From Bilabrum cf. latius (Eukaryota): a stretch of DNA of 64,000 bases. A model generated the notes under the pieces. The model saw only the letters and a program-made list of their open reading frames with translations. It was not told the DNA's origin and made no database searches. A program made the position numbers and the translations under genes. Of the stretch, positions 47,397-58,598 are shown piece after piece (positions within the stretch are counted from its first letter, which is position 1; the number at the start of each line of letters is the position of its first letter). The stretch spans positions 1,612,001 to 1,676,000 of the forward strand of contig OZ237736.1 in NCBI GenBank assembly GCA_965178125.1, read 5' to 3'.

Positions 47397-50300
47397 TTAA
47401 TACTTTGACTCTTGCTCGACACCGGTGCCTTCCATCGCACCGCCATCCACCTGGCGAGTTTGCTTCCCGCTGGCACCCTCCTCCCCCGCGCCGAGGAGGT
47501 CCTCGACCGAGATCTCTAGCTCGCCGCAGAGCGCCTTCCGCAGGGCCTCGTAGGCCTTCTCTTCCTCTTCGCGCTGCAGATGCAGCTTCAGGCCGAGGAT
47601 GGCATCGTCATCGATCACCTCCGCACCCGCCTGTGCCAGCTGCTGGGACAGCTTCTGCGTCTCCTGCTGCCTCGCGGCGGCCACCTTCTCGGCCGCAGTG
47701 GCCGCCTGCTCGTCTTCCTTGGCGCGCACCTCCTCTTCGTCCGCTCGCTTGGACCAGCGGTGGGCCTCGTTCCCCGCACGTAGAGACTCCCGATAGAGCA
47801 GGGCAGCCACCCGGGCAGCCTCCCCCGGCAGTGCTCTCCGCAGCGCGGGCGGCACCATGTACACCCTCAGCTGGCCCTTGCCATCCCCTGCCGCCAGCAG
47901 CTGGTACCTAGTCGACGACGACGTGGAGGATGAGGAGGAGGCAGACGATGACGACGACGCGCCTGTCCCCGACGATGCCTGCCTGGCCGCATCCGACGGT
48001 GCCCCCGCCCCTCCTGCTGCACCCGAGGCCCCATCCCCGGCCCCACCACCGACGGATTGCCTCTGGGGCTCCTGTCCAGCCTCCGGTGCCTCGGACCTGC
48101 GGACCAGGGGCGTGCGGAAGGCCAGGCAGCCCACGGGTGTGGAGAGCGCAGGTAGCACCATGGATGGCCGGAGCGTGCTCTCCGAGAGGTCCCATGCCTC
48201 GATGGCCCCGTCTCGCCGTCCCAGCAGCACTACGCCCGCCCGGGTGGGACTCAGGCAGCCGCACGTGTAGGGCTTCTCTCCGGGCGGAGAGCGCATGAGG
48301 GGCGTCCCGAGGCCCTCCTTCCAGAGGGAGAAGCGCCACTCGCTCACGGCAAGTACCACGCCCTCCAGGTGAGGCGATCGCTCCAGGGAACACACGGGAC
48401 GGCTGAGGTCTTGGTGCAGCGCGAGCACCCGGCTCGTCCCCGCCACGGCCCCGTCCGCGCCCCCTTCCCCAGCAGCGGCCCCCTCCTCGCCGGCCCCGCT
48501 CGAGGCAGCAGCGGCCGGCGCCCCGCCGAACTCCCCCGCGACGGAGGCCCTGCCCTAGTTGGTACCCAGCCCGGGGGGCAGCCAGTCCACGCTCGCAAAC
48601 GCGCCCTCCTCCGTGCCAACGGCGATGCTGTCAGTCGGCAGCACCGCAGCCGCATCTGCCGAGGACGAGGACGAGGACGAGGCGCCGTCCTGGCCCTTGG
48701 AGGCGGAGCCGTCCGCGGCAGATTGCCCCCCACTGGCCCCTCCTTGACCCGATGCATCGCCTGAAGATGCACCGCCATCCGCACCGCTGTCTCCTCGCGC
48801 GCTCTGCACCCCGCTCCCTGCAGGCAGCGTCAGGGGGTGCGCTGCCGGCGGCGCTATGCTTGCGATGCATACCGGGACCGACCCCCTCTCGATGGGCAGC
48901 ACCAGCTGGGGCAGCCACGGGATGTCCGGAGGCAGCGCACCCGCGAGCTTCGAGGCCCCGGGGACGATCCCTTGCTCGGCGGCCTCGTCCTCTTCCTCCT
49001 GAGTCTGCGACCCCCCTGCATCGCCCAGCCCCTGCCTCTGCTTGGCCAGCACTCGCTCCCTGTACCGAAGGTCCCAAACCCGCAGCGTGCCGTCGCTGGA
49101 GGCCGTCAGAACCTGCCTGCACCTCCCATCCATCGCAGGCTTGAGCGCCTCGTTCCTGGCCGAAAGCTGGGCCGCTGGAGGGGGCCACCACACCGCGCTG
49201 ACGGGCCGCATGTGGGACTGGTCCCCGTGGCTGATGCTTGTGGGCTGGAACCTCCGGGGGCGCATGCTTGTGCCCGCGGCCGCAGCGGCAAGGGAGGCCA
49301 CAGGGTCTCCCGCCCTGCCCCTCCCGCCGCTCGAAGAGCCCCCACTCCCACCCCCCTGGGCCCCCTTGCGCTTGCGGGCCTCCCTCGCCAGCCTATCCAG
49401 GGCCTCCCGGATATCCCACAGCACCACCTGGCCAGAGGCACAGCCAGCCGCGATCAGGTGGTGGTCACTGGGGCACCACGCAAGGCACGTAGGCTCCACA
49501 GGGGTCTCCAGCACTGCCACTGGGGCCGAAGCCGAGAGAGAGAACACGAGCACCTGGAAGGTCTGGGAGCGACAGGCAGCCGCCACCGAGTCCTCGAACG
49601 AGCGCGTGGGGACGGGGGCACACGCGACGATGGGGGCATACCTGGGGTGCCACGCCACGAGCCGCACGTCCACGGCCTCCTGCTTGCGATCCAGGTCGGC
49701 CATAGTCTTCACCTCACGCAGCTGCGCGTCGCCGCTCGTGAGCAGCGGCGCGCTGTCCCTGACACCGGAGCTGTTCCAGGAGCTAGCCTCCTCCCGGAGA
49801 GCGTCCGAGGTCCCGTTCTCGGCCAGGGCGGCCTCCATGGGCGCGGCCACCCTCCGCAGCACATCCAGCACGCGGCTCAGCAGCGAGCCCGCCTCCTCCT
49901 GCCCCGACAGCTTGTCCGCGTCCAGAGCAGCCACCGCCCGGGCCTTGAGGGCTGCCGTTGCCGCGGCCGTGGCAGCATCCTGCGCCGCGTCTCCGCTCTC
50001 TGCCGCGGCGGCAGCGGCAGCCGCAGCGGCAGCAGCCGCGGCCCCTCCTCCGCTCGTGCCCCTGCCTCCGAACGACGCCCGCCGATTGCGCCGGCCGCCA
50101 GTCGTTGTGCCAGTTCCTGCGGACGGCAATCCCGCCCCCCCTATACCGCTCGTCCCCACTGACAGACCCCCCGGGCCGCCCCCCCCCGTGGCCCCGGGCC
50201 CTTCCTGCTCCCCAGCCCTGGAGCCGATCAGCCGCTGTACCCCGCCCCGGCCGGGTACCGCCGCGGGTCCCTTGCCGGCACGCAGCAGCAGCGCCAACGA

Positions 50301-51916
50301 GGCCGGTCCTAGCCTCCTTGCAGCCGCAGCCGCCCCCACCTGCCGCATCGGATCGAGGTCCTCTCCGCTGCTGGCCGCGTGCCTCCCCAGGTCCTCGTCC
50401 TGCTCGTCCACCTCCGCCTCTAGGGCAGTCACCGCGACAGGGGGCACGACCGCGCCGTCCAGAGCCCCCGACGCACCACCCTGACTCTCCTCTATGCCCG
50501 CATCCTACTTCTGTCCCCGCCCCTGCCGCTCCTTGGCCATTGCCATGCGCCATGCAGCGGCGAACACGCCCGGCAGCAGTAGGGTCCCCTCCCGCGCGGC
50601 CAACACCACGTCGTCGGGAACAGCACCCTGGGACTCCACCGCGGCGTTGGCTCTCCTCCGGCGGTCCGTCTGGCACCCCGCGTCTGCCCTGTGCGCAGCC
50701 AGCGTGGGCGCAGAGGCCTGCAGCCCCGCGTCCAGGGTCTGTCTCCTCTCTGGGAAGCCCGGCTCCTTCCTCAGCCTGAAGTCCGCCCCCTGACCCTCGT
50801 TGTCGTTCAGCGCGAACCGGCCCCCCAGGTCGCGTCTCCTCCTGCGCAGCCGCATGCGAATGGGGGGCCTGCTCGGGGGCGGCAGGAGGGCTCGAACCGC
50901 CTCGTGGGTGGATTCCTGCTCCGGGTCCGTGTACGCCCGCGCCACGACCGGCTCGTCGCTCCGCTCCACCGTCTCGTCCTCCTCCGGGAGAGGCTCCTCG
51001 CGGGGAGAAACAGCGCCGCTGCCCGCCCCCGAGGCGGCCTGAGACCCCCCTGCCGCCCCGCCAGCGGCCGGGTCAGGCCTGGGCGCCTCCGCCCGCAGCA
51101 GTGCCTCCATGGCGGCCCTGGCCTGCGGGCTGGGGGCCAGCACCCAGCCGTCCGGGGTGATGCGCTCGTTCGGGTCTGCCAGAAGTAGCATGGTCTCGGT
51201 GCCGCCCGCCTGGATCTGTTCCTTGAGCGGCTTGAAGGGGGACATGCTTCCCTTGGCGCGGATGTCCTCCAGCACTGCGGCCGTGACCAGCTCCTTGGAG
51301 CCTACCAGATCGAAGCTGCCGGGGCCAGTCTGCAGGCCCCACTCCTTCTGCTGGTGGCCGGACAGGATCAGGGAAGCGCACCCGGCTGGCATGGGGAGCG
51401 GCCCGCCCTCTGGCAGTCCCTCTGGCACGTCACCAGTCTACGCCCCGGCGGAAGCTTGCGCCTCAGCACCCGCGGCGCCGTCACCGGCAGCCGCATCGTC
51501 AGCCCCTTTCCAAGCCAGCATTTCCTGTTTGGCTTCATCGCTGACTGCGAGCAGCCAATCGTCTTCCCCGTACTCTTCATCCATATCAGACACGAGCAGC
51601 ACCTTGTCGGAATCACATGCCTGCGAATAAATCATGAGCAGTACCGCTGTTCCAGCCTTACGATTGCGCCCCAACTTGGAGGAATAAAAACAAGATGCAC
51701 GCGTCTGGGTTGACTCCTCACCTCGAGTAAAGCCTTCGCTTTGTGAAACGGAGAAATCGCCCCCTGTCGCCCAATATCGCTCAGCAGATCATCTCGTAGC
51801 ACCTCCTTGTAAGGAACTACATCGAACATCGTGTCCCCTGTCTTTAAGCTCCATAGATCCATCCACTGCTGGGTCAGGAGGACTGGAACCAGCCCATTCG
51901 GACGGGTTTTCGGCAT
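47397..51916 (-). CDS. WDR63: Axonemal dynein intermediate chain WDR63/DNAI3 (IC140-like) WD40 protein, about 1472 aa, 3 in-frame TAG
   Basis: Exons 51916-51722 and 51620-47397; intron GTGAGG...TCGCAG. N-terminal PVLLT...PYKEVLRDDLLSDI...ISPF...VLLVSD...YG resembles the WDR63 N-terminus. WD40 motifs: VAWHP, IAAGCASGQVVLWDI, SHMRPVSAVWW, LTASSDGTLRVWD, VGTEEG, SLERSPH, CLSPTRAGV and LLAAGDGKGQL. TAG at 51438, 50505 and 48555. Ends TAA. Confidence 0.82.
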
Positions 51917-52358
51917 CGCTCAACCGAGCAGCCAAACACGGTCGGAATTTGTAGTGCGCAACCAGAGAGGCGGTATCAGCTATAATACACGCACAATTGA
52001 GATCGGTAGTTTAATAAAAGGCTCGGGTGCTGGGCAATGAGCCACGTTTGAAAATGCCCGTTGAACGGAAGTTCGGTTTATGCAAACTATACATTACAAA
52101 CAAACCCCACGTCGCCAACCAACTGTTTCACTCATTCCACTGAATCCTGTGAGCTTTCCGAAGATCGCAGAATTTGGTACAATTGATACTTACTGCACAA
52201 ATTGTTTGAACGGTCTGAATGAACTGTTTTATCCCATTTAGTCCAGCATTTCGAGCACTAAAGTTGCGCATGCGAAGTGCAACTTGAGTTAGTTTGTGCT
52301 TTACCATTCGAGCCGGATTGTTCCGCACGCGTGTGATTGAATTCTTGTATCGCAGACA

Positions 52359-54250
52359 ATGCGGTCCATTACGCAGATGCTAGGCACTGTGGCTGCGCTT
52401 GCCATGGCAGCGTTCGCCTTCCCTGCAGAGGACGAGGTGAAGTCTCTGCCTGGATGGGATGGCCCCCTCCCCTCTCGCATGTGGGCCGGGTACGTGAGCG
52501 TCGGACAGCAGAAGGACAGGCACCTTCATTACATCGCGGTTGAGTCGCAGAGCAACCCCGAGAAGGACCCCGTTACCATGTGGTGTAAGCTATGGATCTT
52601 GTTCGGCGCGCAGCTTGAAAATTAGTGACGCGAGGAACGCTCGTGCAGAAATATTCGATACACGTTGATACCTCGCAGCGAACGGCGGCCCCGGCTCGGA
52701 CTCGAAGATCGGCTGGCTGACGGAGCTGGGCACCTTCCAGGTGGACGAGCGCTCGCTCGATGAGAAGACCGGAGCCCCCAAGCTCTTCAAGAACCCCAAC
52801 GCGTGGAGCACCCTGAGCAACATGGTGATTTTCTCGCACCCCGCCCCCGTGGGCTACAGCTACTGCGACTCGCAGGAGGACTGCTACTCGAACGACGAGC
52901 GCGCCGGAGACGATCTCCGTGACGCCCTGCAGGCCGTCATGGACAAGTTCCCCACCTGGAAGGGCCGCGACCTGTACCTCACCGGCGAGTCCTATGCCGG
53001 CATCTGTGAGACACAACCGCTTCGATCCGTGGCCTTGCTTCAATCTCTTAGACGAGGTGGACGGCTACTCGTGCAAGACACCATTGAATCCTGCCCTTGC
53101 CTCGCCCCCGTGCTCCCATCCATGTGTGTTCTCTCTTTACTCGCCCCCCCCACCCCCTGCTCCGCCCCTCGCAGACGTGCCCCAGACTGTACTCTCGATC
53201 GAGGCCCGGCCCTCGCCCGACCTGAACCTCAAGGGGTTCGCTGTGGGCGACGGATGCAACGGTAACGTGAGAAGACATGAATGAATCGATCACGAGGGGA
53301 CATAACCCATCGCTGCGCACAGCCTCGCTTGCAAGCCCGACCCGTGGCCCCTGCGCGCCATCGTGTGTCAACGCATCGCTGCATGATATCGAGCACAAGC
53401 TTGCACCCCTAAAGCCTCTTTGGCCGCCTTGCTGCTGTTGCTTTTCTCGCAGACGGTCGGCACGTGCTCTCCCCAGGGCACCCGCATCAACGCGGACTTC
53501 TTCTACCAGAAGGGCTTCTACACGGCCGAGCTGCGCGCCCGCCTCCTCAAGGCGTGCCCCGACTTCGAGAACCCATCCCAGGAATGCGAGCAGCGCCTCG
53601 CAGAGATGCAGTCCCAGATCGGGAACGACGTGTACGTGTACAACTACGTGGACGAGTGCCCCGAGAACCACAACAACGGACAGAAGGGACTGGGAGCCCG
53701 CGTGGGCGACATGTTCGCCAGGGACCCCGCCACTGGCAGCCTCGTGCACCCCCTGTGGCACACCAATCGCGAGGCAGACGTCTCGGCGGACCACCAGGCC
53801 ACGGGCCAGTTCGGCTACTACTGCGGCGGCATGACCGCCATGGGTGACTGGCTGGGCAACAAGGATGTGGCCACCGCGCTGCACGCCAACCTGGACCGCC
53901 CCCGCCAGAGGTTCAACTACACCCGCACGCAGCCGAGCCTGCTGCCCCACTACCCCGGGTGGGCGCAGAAGTACCGCGTGATCGCGTACTCTGGGCAGTT
54001 CGACGCGTGCGTGCCGTACGTGGACACCGAGTCCTGGGTGTACGGGCTGGGCCTCAAGGAGCACAAGCCGTACCACCCGTGGGACGCCAAGATCAACGGC
54101 ATCATGCAGCCCGGCGGGCACGCCGCCAGCTTCAACGCGGGCAACTTCACTTACGTGACCCACACCGCCGCCGGCCACATGGTGCCCCAGTTCACCCCCG
54201 AGAGCGCCCTCGAGATGGTGCGCAAGCTCATCAACGGCGAGGAGTTCTGA
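52359..54250 (+). CDS. Serine carboxypeptidase (peptidase S10), secreted, 4 exons, about 480 aa
   Basis: Exons 52359-52584, 52679-53005, 53175-53266 and 53453-54250. Signal peptide, then WAGYV, WSNGGPG, NPNAWS, PAPVGYSY, catalytic GESYAGIYVP, YSGQFDACVP and AGHMVP. Ends TGA, no TAG. Confidence 0.92.
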
Positions 54251-54646
54251 GTTGTCATCTCGCATTCCAAGGCGAACGGCCGGGACTTCCCTGGGATTCA
54301 TTGCCGTTCGTGGGATCGAGAACCTTGCGTGTTGCAGTCTCGCGGCTCTTGAGTTGACGTCCGGGTAGCATGGCTGCTTCGGCGCCCCGCTCCATCGGAT
54401 CGTCCCGCGCTTTGCTTGACTGTGGAAACCGAACGAATCATTTTGCTCGCGTATCTCGGACACAACTTATTTCGCGCATCCATCCTGGCGTCGATGGCTG
54501 CATGGCACTGCTGCGATTGCGATCATCGGAGCAATTGTACACTGCTGGCAATACGATCAATGGACATATTGGGTGAAGCATAGCGCCATCTAGCATCCGT
54601 AGCTACAGCTCAGGTTGCTAGCACCGGCAAGGACAGGGGGAAGACG

Positions 54647-55825
54647 ATGGCAAGTGCGTCTGCAGCACTCTTCGAATCCCTGCGAACCAGATGCGCAAGT
54701 CGCAAGCGCAGCAGGGATACAATCCGAGAAGCTGCACTAGAAGCTGTGGCTGCTCTTCGCATAGATGCCGTGAGGTCAAGCTTGAGGGCGGCGGCGCGAT
54801 CTCGAACTCGGCGGGAGCAGGAGGTTGTGGCGCTTGCGGCAGAGGCCGCGGAGCAGCTAAGCAAGGCACAGAACGTGCTGGCCATGCACGCCGATGGCTC
54901 TTTATTTAGCGAGCAAGCGCTTGGGATTGCGAAAAGAGCGGCGTTTTCCACAATACCTGTGAAGGCTCGCCTTCGGTCAACAGCTGTTTCGCAGCTCGCG
55001 GAGAGTAGCAGCGAAGATTCGAACAGGCAGGCACCAAAGTTACCGCCGGCACCTACGTTACCGATGCTGCAGGCGTCACGCTTGCGTCGCCTTGCCGTGA
55101 AGCCTCCAGCAGACGTAGACCTCGGGCCTGATGCAAACCTTGAGGACACCTTGCTGCGGCCGGGAGGACTCGCTGGCGCTGGGTCGGCAGCGGCAGCGGC
55201 AAAGGCAGCATCACAATGGCTTGGGATCGAGATGCCTCACGGGGCTGCCCGAGCGGCATCAGGAGACGAAGCGTCTCACGGGTCCTCCTCTGCCAGTGGA
55301 CCCTCTGACTAGTCGCCTGAGGCTCGGGCAGTCGATAACGTGCTGTCCTCCATGCGACTCAGGGCGGAGCAGGAGATCGCGAATGAGAAGGAGAAGGAGA
55401 AGGAGAAGGAGAAGGAAAAGGAGCGGCGGGAGAGAAGCGGCGCAGCCACGTCAGGCCCCTCCAGCATGTCGACTGCCAGTGGAGCAAGTGCTGGAGGTGG
55501 GGAGGCAGCCCCGCAAGTTGCGTCAGCACAGGAGGTGCACACGGCCGTGATGGCGCTGGATCCTGCTCCCAGGAAGGCCCTCAGGAAAGCCCTAAAGCGG
55601 CTATTGAAGGCGGGGTGGACTCCCGGGGCTCCTCTGGGCGCCGGGATGGTGGGTCCCAGGCAGAGTGTGGCCCCTGAGGTGTGGAGGGGGCTGCCGGCCG
55701 GTGTGCGGGCCGCTCTTGGCGGAGGGGAGGAGGCCATGGCTCCGGATGGCGGAGGGGGCGGGGGTTGCGATAAGGAGGAAGAGGGGGAGGCCGAACCTGC
55801 CAGCAAGCGGAGGCGAACCGAGTGA
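54647..55825 (+). CDS. Hypothetical protein with a (GAGAAG)n EK repeat, 1 in-frame TAG
   Basis: ORFs 54647..55312 and 55340..55825 share a frame and are joined by TAG 55310. The C-terminus has an NLS-like KRRRTE. Ends TGA. Confidence 0.6.
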
Positions 55826-55934
55826 ATTGAACTGTGCTTGCTCGTGTCGTGCAGTGTAGACTTGTGTGCACAACGGACCGCGTTGCAATGTTGCTGGCGC
55901 TTCCTGACAGACACAGACACATGCGATATCTCCA

Positions 55935-57131
55935 TCACCCGAAAGGCAGCAGGCGCTCTTTGGCCGCATTGAAGGCCTCCCTGGTCGCGAATCGCTGGCC
56001 CGTCCTTCGCTCCTTGAAGCGAGCAGGGAGGCCAGTCACCACGCAGCGTCGCCGCGCCGGCCGGAGTGGAGGCCCGGCTGCCGCCGCGATGTACGCGTTC
56101 CTGCTGCTATCATCAGGACCATGGGCGCCTCGGCCGCTCTGGAAGTCCTCGTCGCCCTCGTCACGCATGGCGCTCTGGCCAGCCCTGGCAGAGGCAGAGG
56201 CAGAGGCAGAGGCTGCAGAGGCACCGGACGTGCCCTCCGTGCCAGCGACCTGGACACGGCGGCCTGCGAACGCATCCCCGAAGACAACCGCACCCAGTGC
56301 AGCCGCGCTGCCGTGCTCCGGCGGTCGTGCTGCATCCCCAGCGCGGGCGGCCTGCCAAGCGGCCAGGCCGGCAGGGAGGCATGAGCTGCCCGTCGGCAGG
56401 GGGGCAGAGGGGGGGCGGTGCAGGCGCCCCGATGCATGCTGTGCAGCTGTGGCGGATGCACGCTGCAGGTCGTCTAGTGTCGGACCCAGGGGCTGGTCTC
56501 GGTCGAGAGCGGCTCCGAGTGGGACCAGCGGGCGCGAGCCGAGGGCGAGGGCGTGGTGGGCGGGGAGCGAGGCGCTTGCCGTCGGGCCTCCCCGCCGTTT
56601 CGGCTTTCTCCGGGTCTTTGCTCTGGATTTACCCTTTCGCTTACTTCCTTTTGGCCCGCGCTTGGCGCCTTTTCCGCCCGAAGCCCCAAAGTCGGCGTCA
56701 GAATCTGAGCCGTCGCTGTCCTCAAGGCTGAACTCGTCGTCGTCATCAACCGCATCGCCTCCCATGCCGGTACCAGCATTACCATAACCTCCCATTTCTT
56801 CAACTGCCGCTTGGGTAATTGCCCCCCGCATGCGAACCATGTCTGCTTCCAGGGCGCTGGTTCTTGCGTCTGCTCCAAGCCCCAGCCAAGCCGGGACCCT
56901 CTCCACTCCTCCGACGGCATCGACCCAAGCCCATCCTGCGCCAGATGTGGCAGCAGAGTCAGCATCTCGAGCTCTCTGCGAGGCTCGCCTTGCCCTCTGT
57001 CCTGCGCCCTTCTTTTGAGCAGCGATGCCTCGATTCTACCCAGATCGTTCTGTCAGCATCTTCTGCGCCCCTTTATGACCCGATGCAGCCATTGCTTCGT
57101 CCCATGCCCTCCGTGCAGCCTTTCCCGACAT
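55935..57131 (-). CDS. SWR1/INO80 chromatin-remodelling subunit (SWC6/ZNHIT1-like region with a YL1_C-type C-terminus), 1 in-frame TAG
   Basis: ATG 57131, TAG 57036. RTSALEAD, an acidic tract and a basic tract are followed by YIAAAAGPPLRPARRRCVVTGLPARFKERRTGQRFATREAF. Ends TGA. Confidence 0.7.
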
Positions 57132-57306
57132 GTTTTTCGAGTGCCAATCCTTGTATTAGCTTGTCTAGCATCTGTCTGCGGAGGGGTCCACTGCAACGGG
57201 CAGTGCGCTGCAGGTGCACAAGAAACGTGTGTTGTTTTGCAGGAAGCCGGACCACCTCACCAGCATGCCGTGAAACTATTATCTTGGTTATATTGAGATA
57301 CCAGCC

Positions 57307-58476
57307 ATGGCACACGGGGACTAGCTCAGCACTGCGGCTTCAGCAACTGGCCGAATGAATTCTGATTCAACCACTAGCGTAATCTACAAGTCACTGGATG
57401 AATCGTTAGAACTAGTAATTCGGTAGCGACCATCAGAGTCCAGTAGCCATGGATTTAGCGTGTGGGATTCTTCTGTAGTGATGTGCAGATACCTGGAGAC
57501 CACAAAGCGACGCGAGGCACTTGCTGGCAGGACTGTGCTCGAAATCGGCAGTGGTTGCGGTCTAGGAGGAATATTTGCAGCTCGTTATTTAGGCGCATCA
57601 GTTATAATGTCTGATTTACCTGAGATTTTGGATATTCTGCGGCTTAATGCCGCTTCAAGCCGCTCTGCTGGCTCTAGTGATCATGATGAGGGAGGTGCCC
57701 TAGCAGATGGCAGAATAGCTTCGATCTCCGCCCTTGACTTCGATGACCCGAACGGGCCCTCGGTAGCAGTAAAAAAAGCATTGGCTCTGAAGCCACGCTC
57801 GTCCAATTTGAAAGCGGAAGCATCGTCTGATGCGGCAACTGCTGAGGCGGGACCATGCCACAAGGTCGACCTGATTATCGGAAGTGACATTTTGTTTAGC
57901 GAATCGCTCGTTGTTCCATTGCTCGAGACTGTTGGAGTCACCATGCAGGAGCACGGTGCTCGCCGCGCTGTGATCGTGCACGAGACGAGGTGCACAGACC
58001 TCACCTCTCGCTTCGAAAGGGAGGCGCGCTCGAGGTTCGCACTGTCGAGGGTGCGCAGGAAGAAGCTCCCGCCCGAGTGGTGCCCTGCCAACATAGATGT
58101 GTACATCTTGTCGCCACCTATCCGGGGGTGGGCCGAGGCACGCCCCGCAGAAGGACGCGAGGGCGAGGGTGAGTGCGAGGGCGGGGAGGAGACTGAGGCA
58201 CTTGGAGCAGCGACCGGCGGTGCTTCGGGCGTGTCAGCCAGCAAGGGCGCAGCTGCTCCGGCTGTGTCAAGGGCCACCACGGCGGTTGACTAGTGCGCAG
58301 AGCCTGTCGCACGTGACCCTCCGGCCGGGTCCGGGGCAGTTGCACCGTCGGAGTCGCAGGGGGCACCACTGGCAGCAGCTGCGGGCAAGGCGCGGCGCAG
58401 CAACCGGGCAGTGGTGAGAGAGATGCTGCGAAGGAAGCGGGCCACCGATAAGGATCATGATGCTACATTGAAGTGA
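57307..58476 (+). CDS. METTL21/VCPKMT-like protein-lysine methyltransferase (Methyltransf_16), 3 in-frame TAG
   Basis: LELVIR*RPSESSSHGFSVWDSSVVMCRYLE, motif I VLEIGSGCGLGGI, SDLPEIL and DLIIGSDILF. TAG at 57322, 57424 and 58291. First TGA at 58474. Confidence 0.85.
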
Positions 58477-58598
58477 CCAGCGAGAGATTGCCGGCAGGCG
58501 GGGCAATGCCTCGAATTGATTACCTCGACAAGTCATGTATGGACCTGCACTCTGTTTCAACCGATCCAATGGATCGAATCCCTCTCTGGGCGTGTCGG

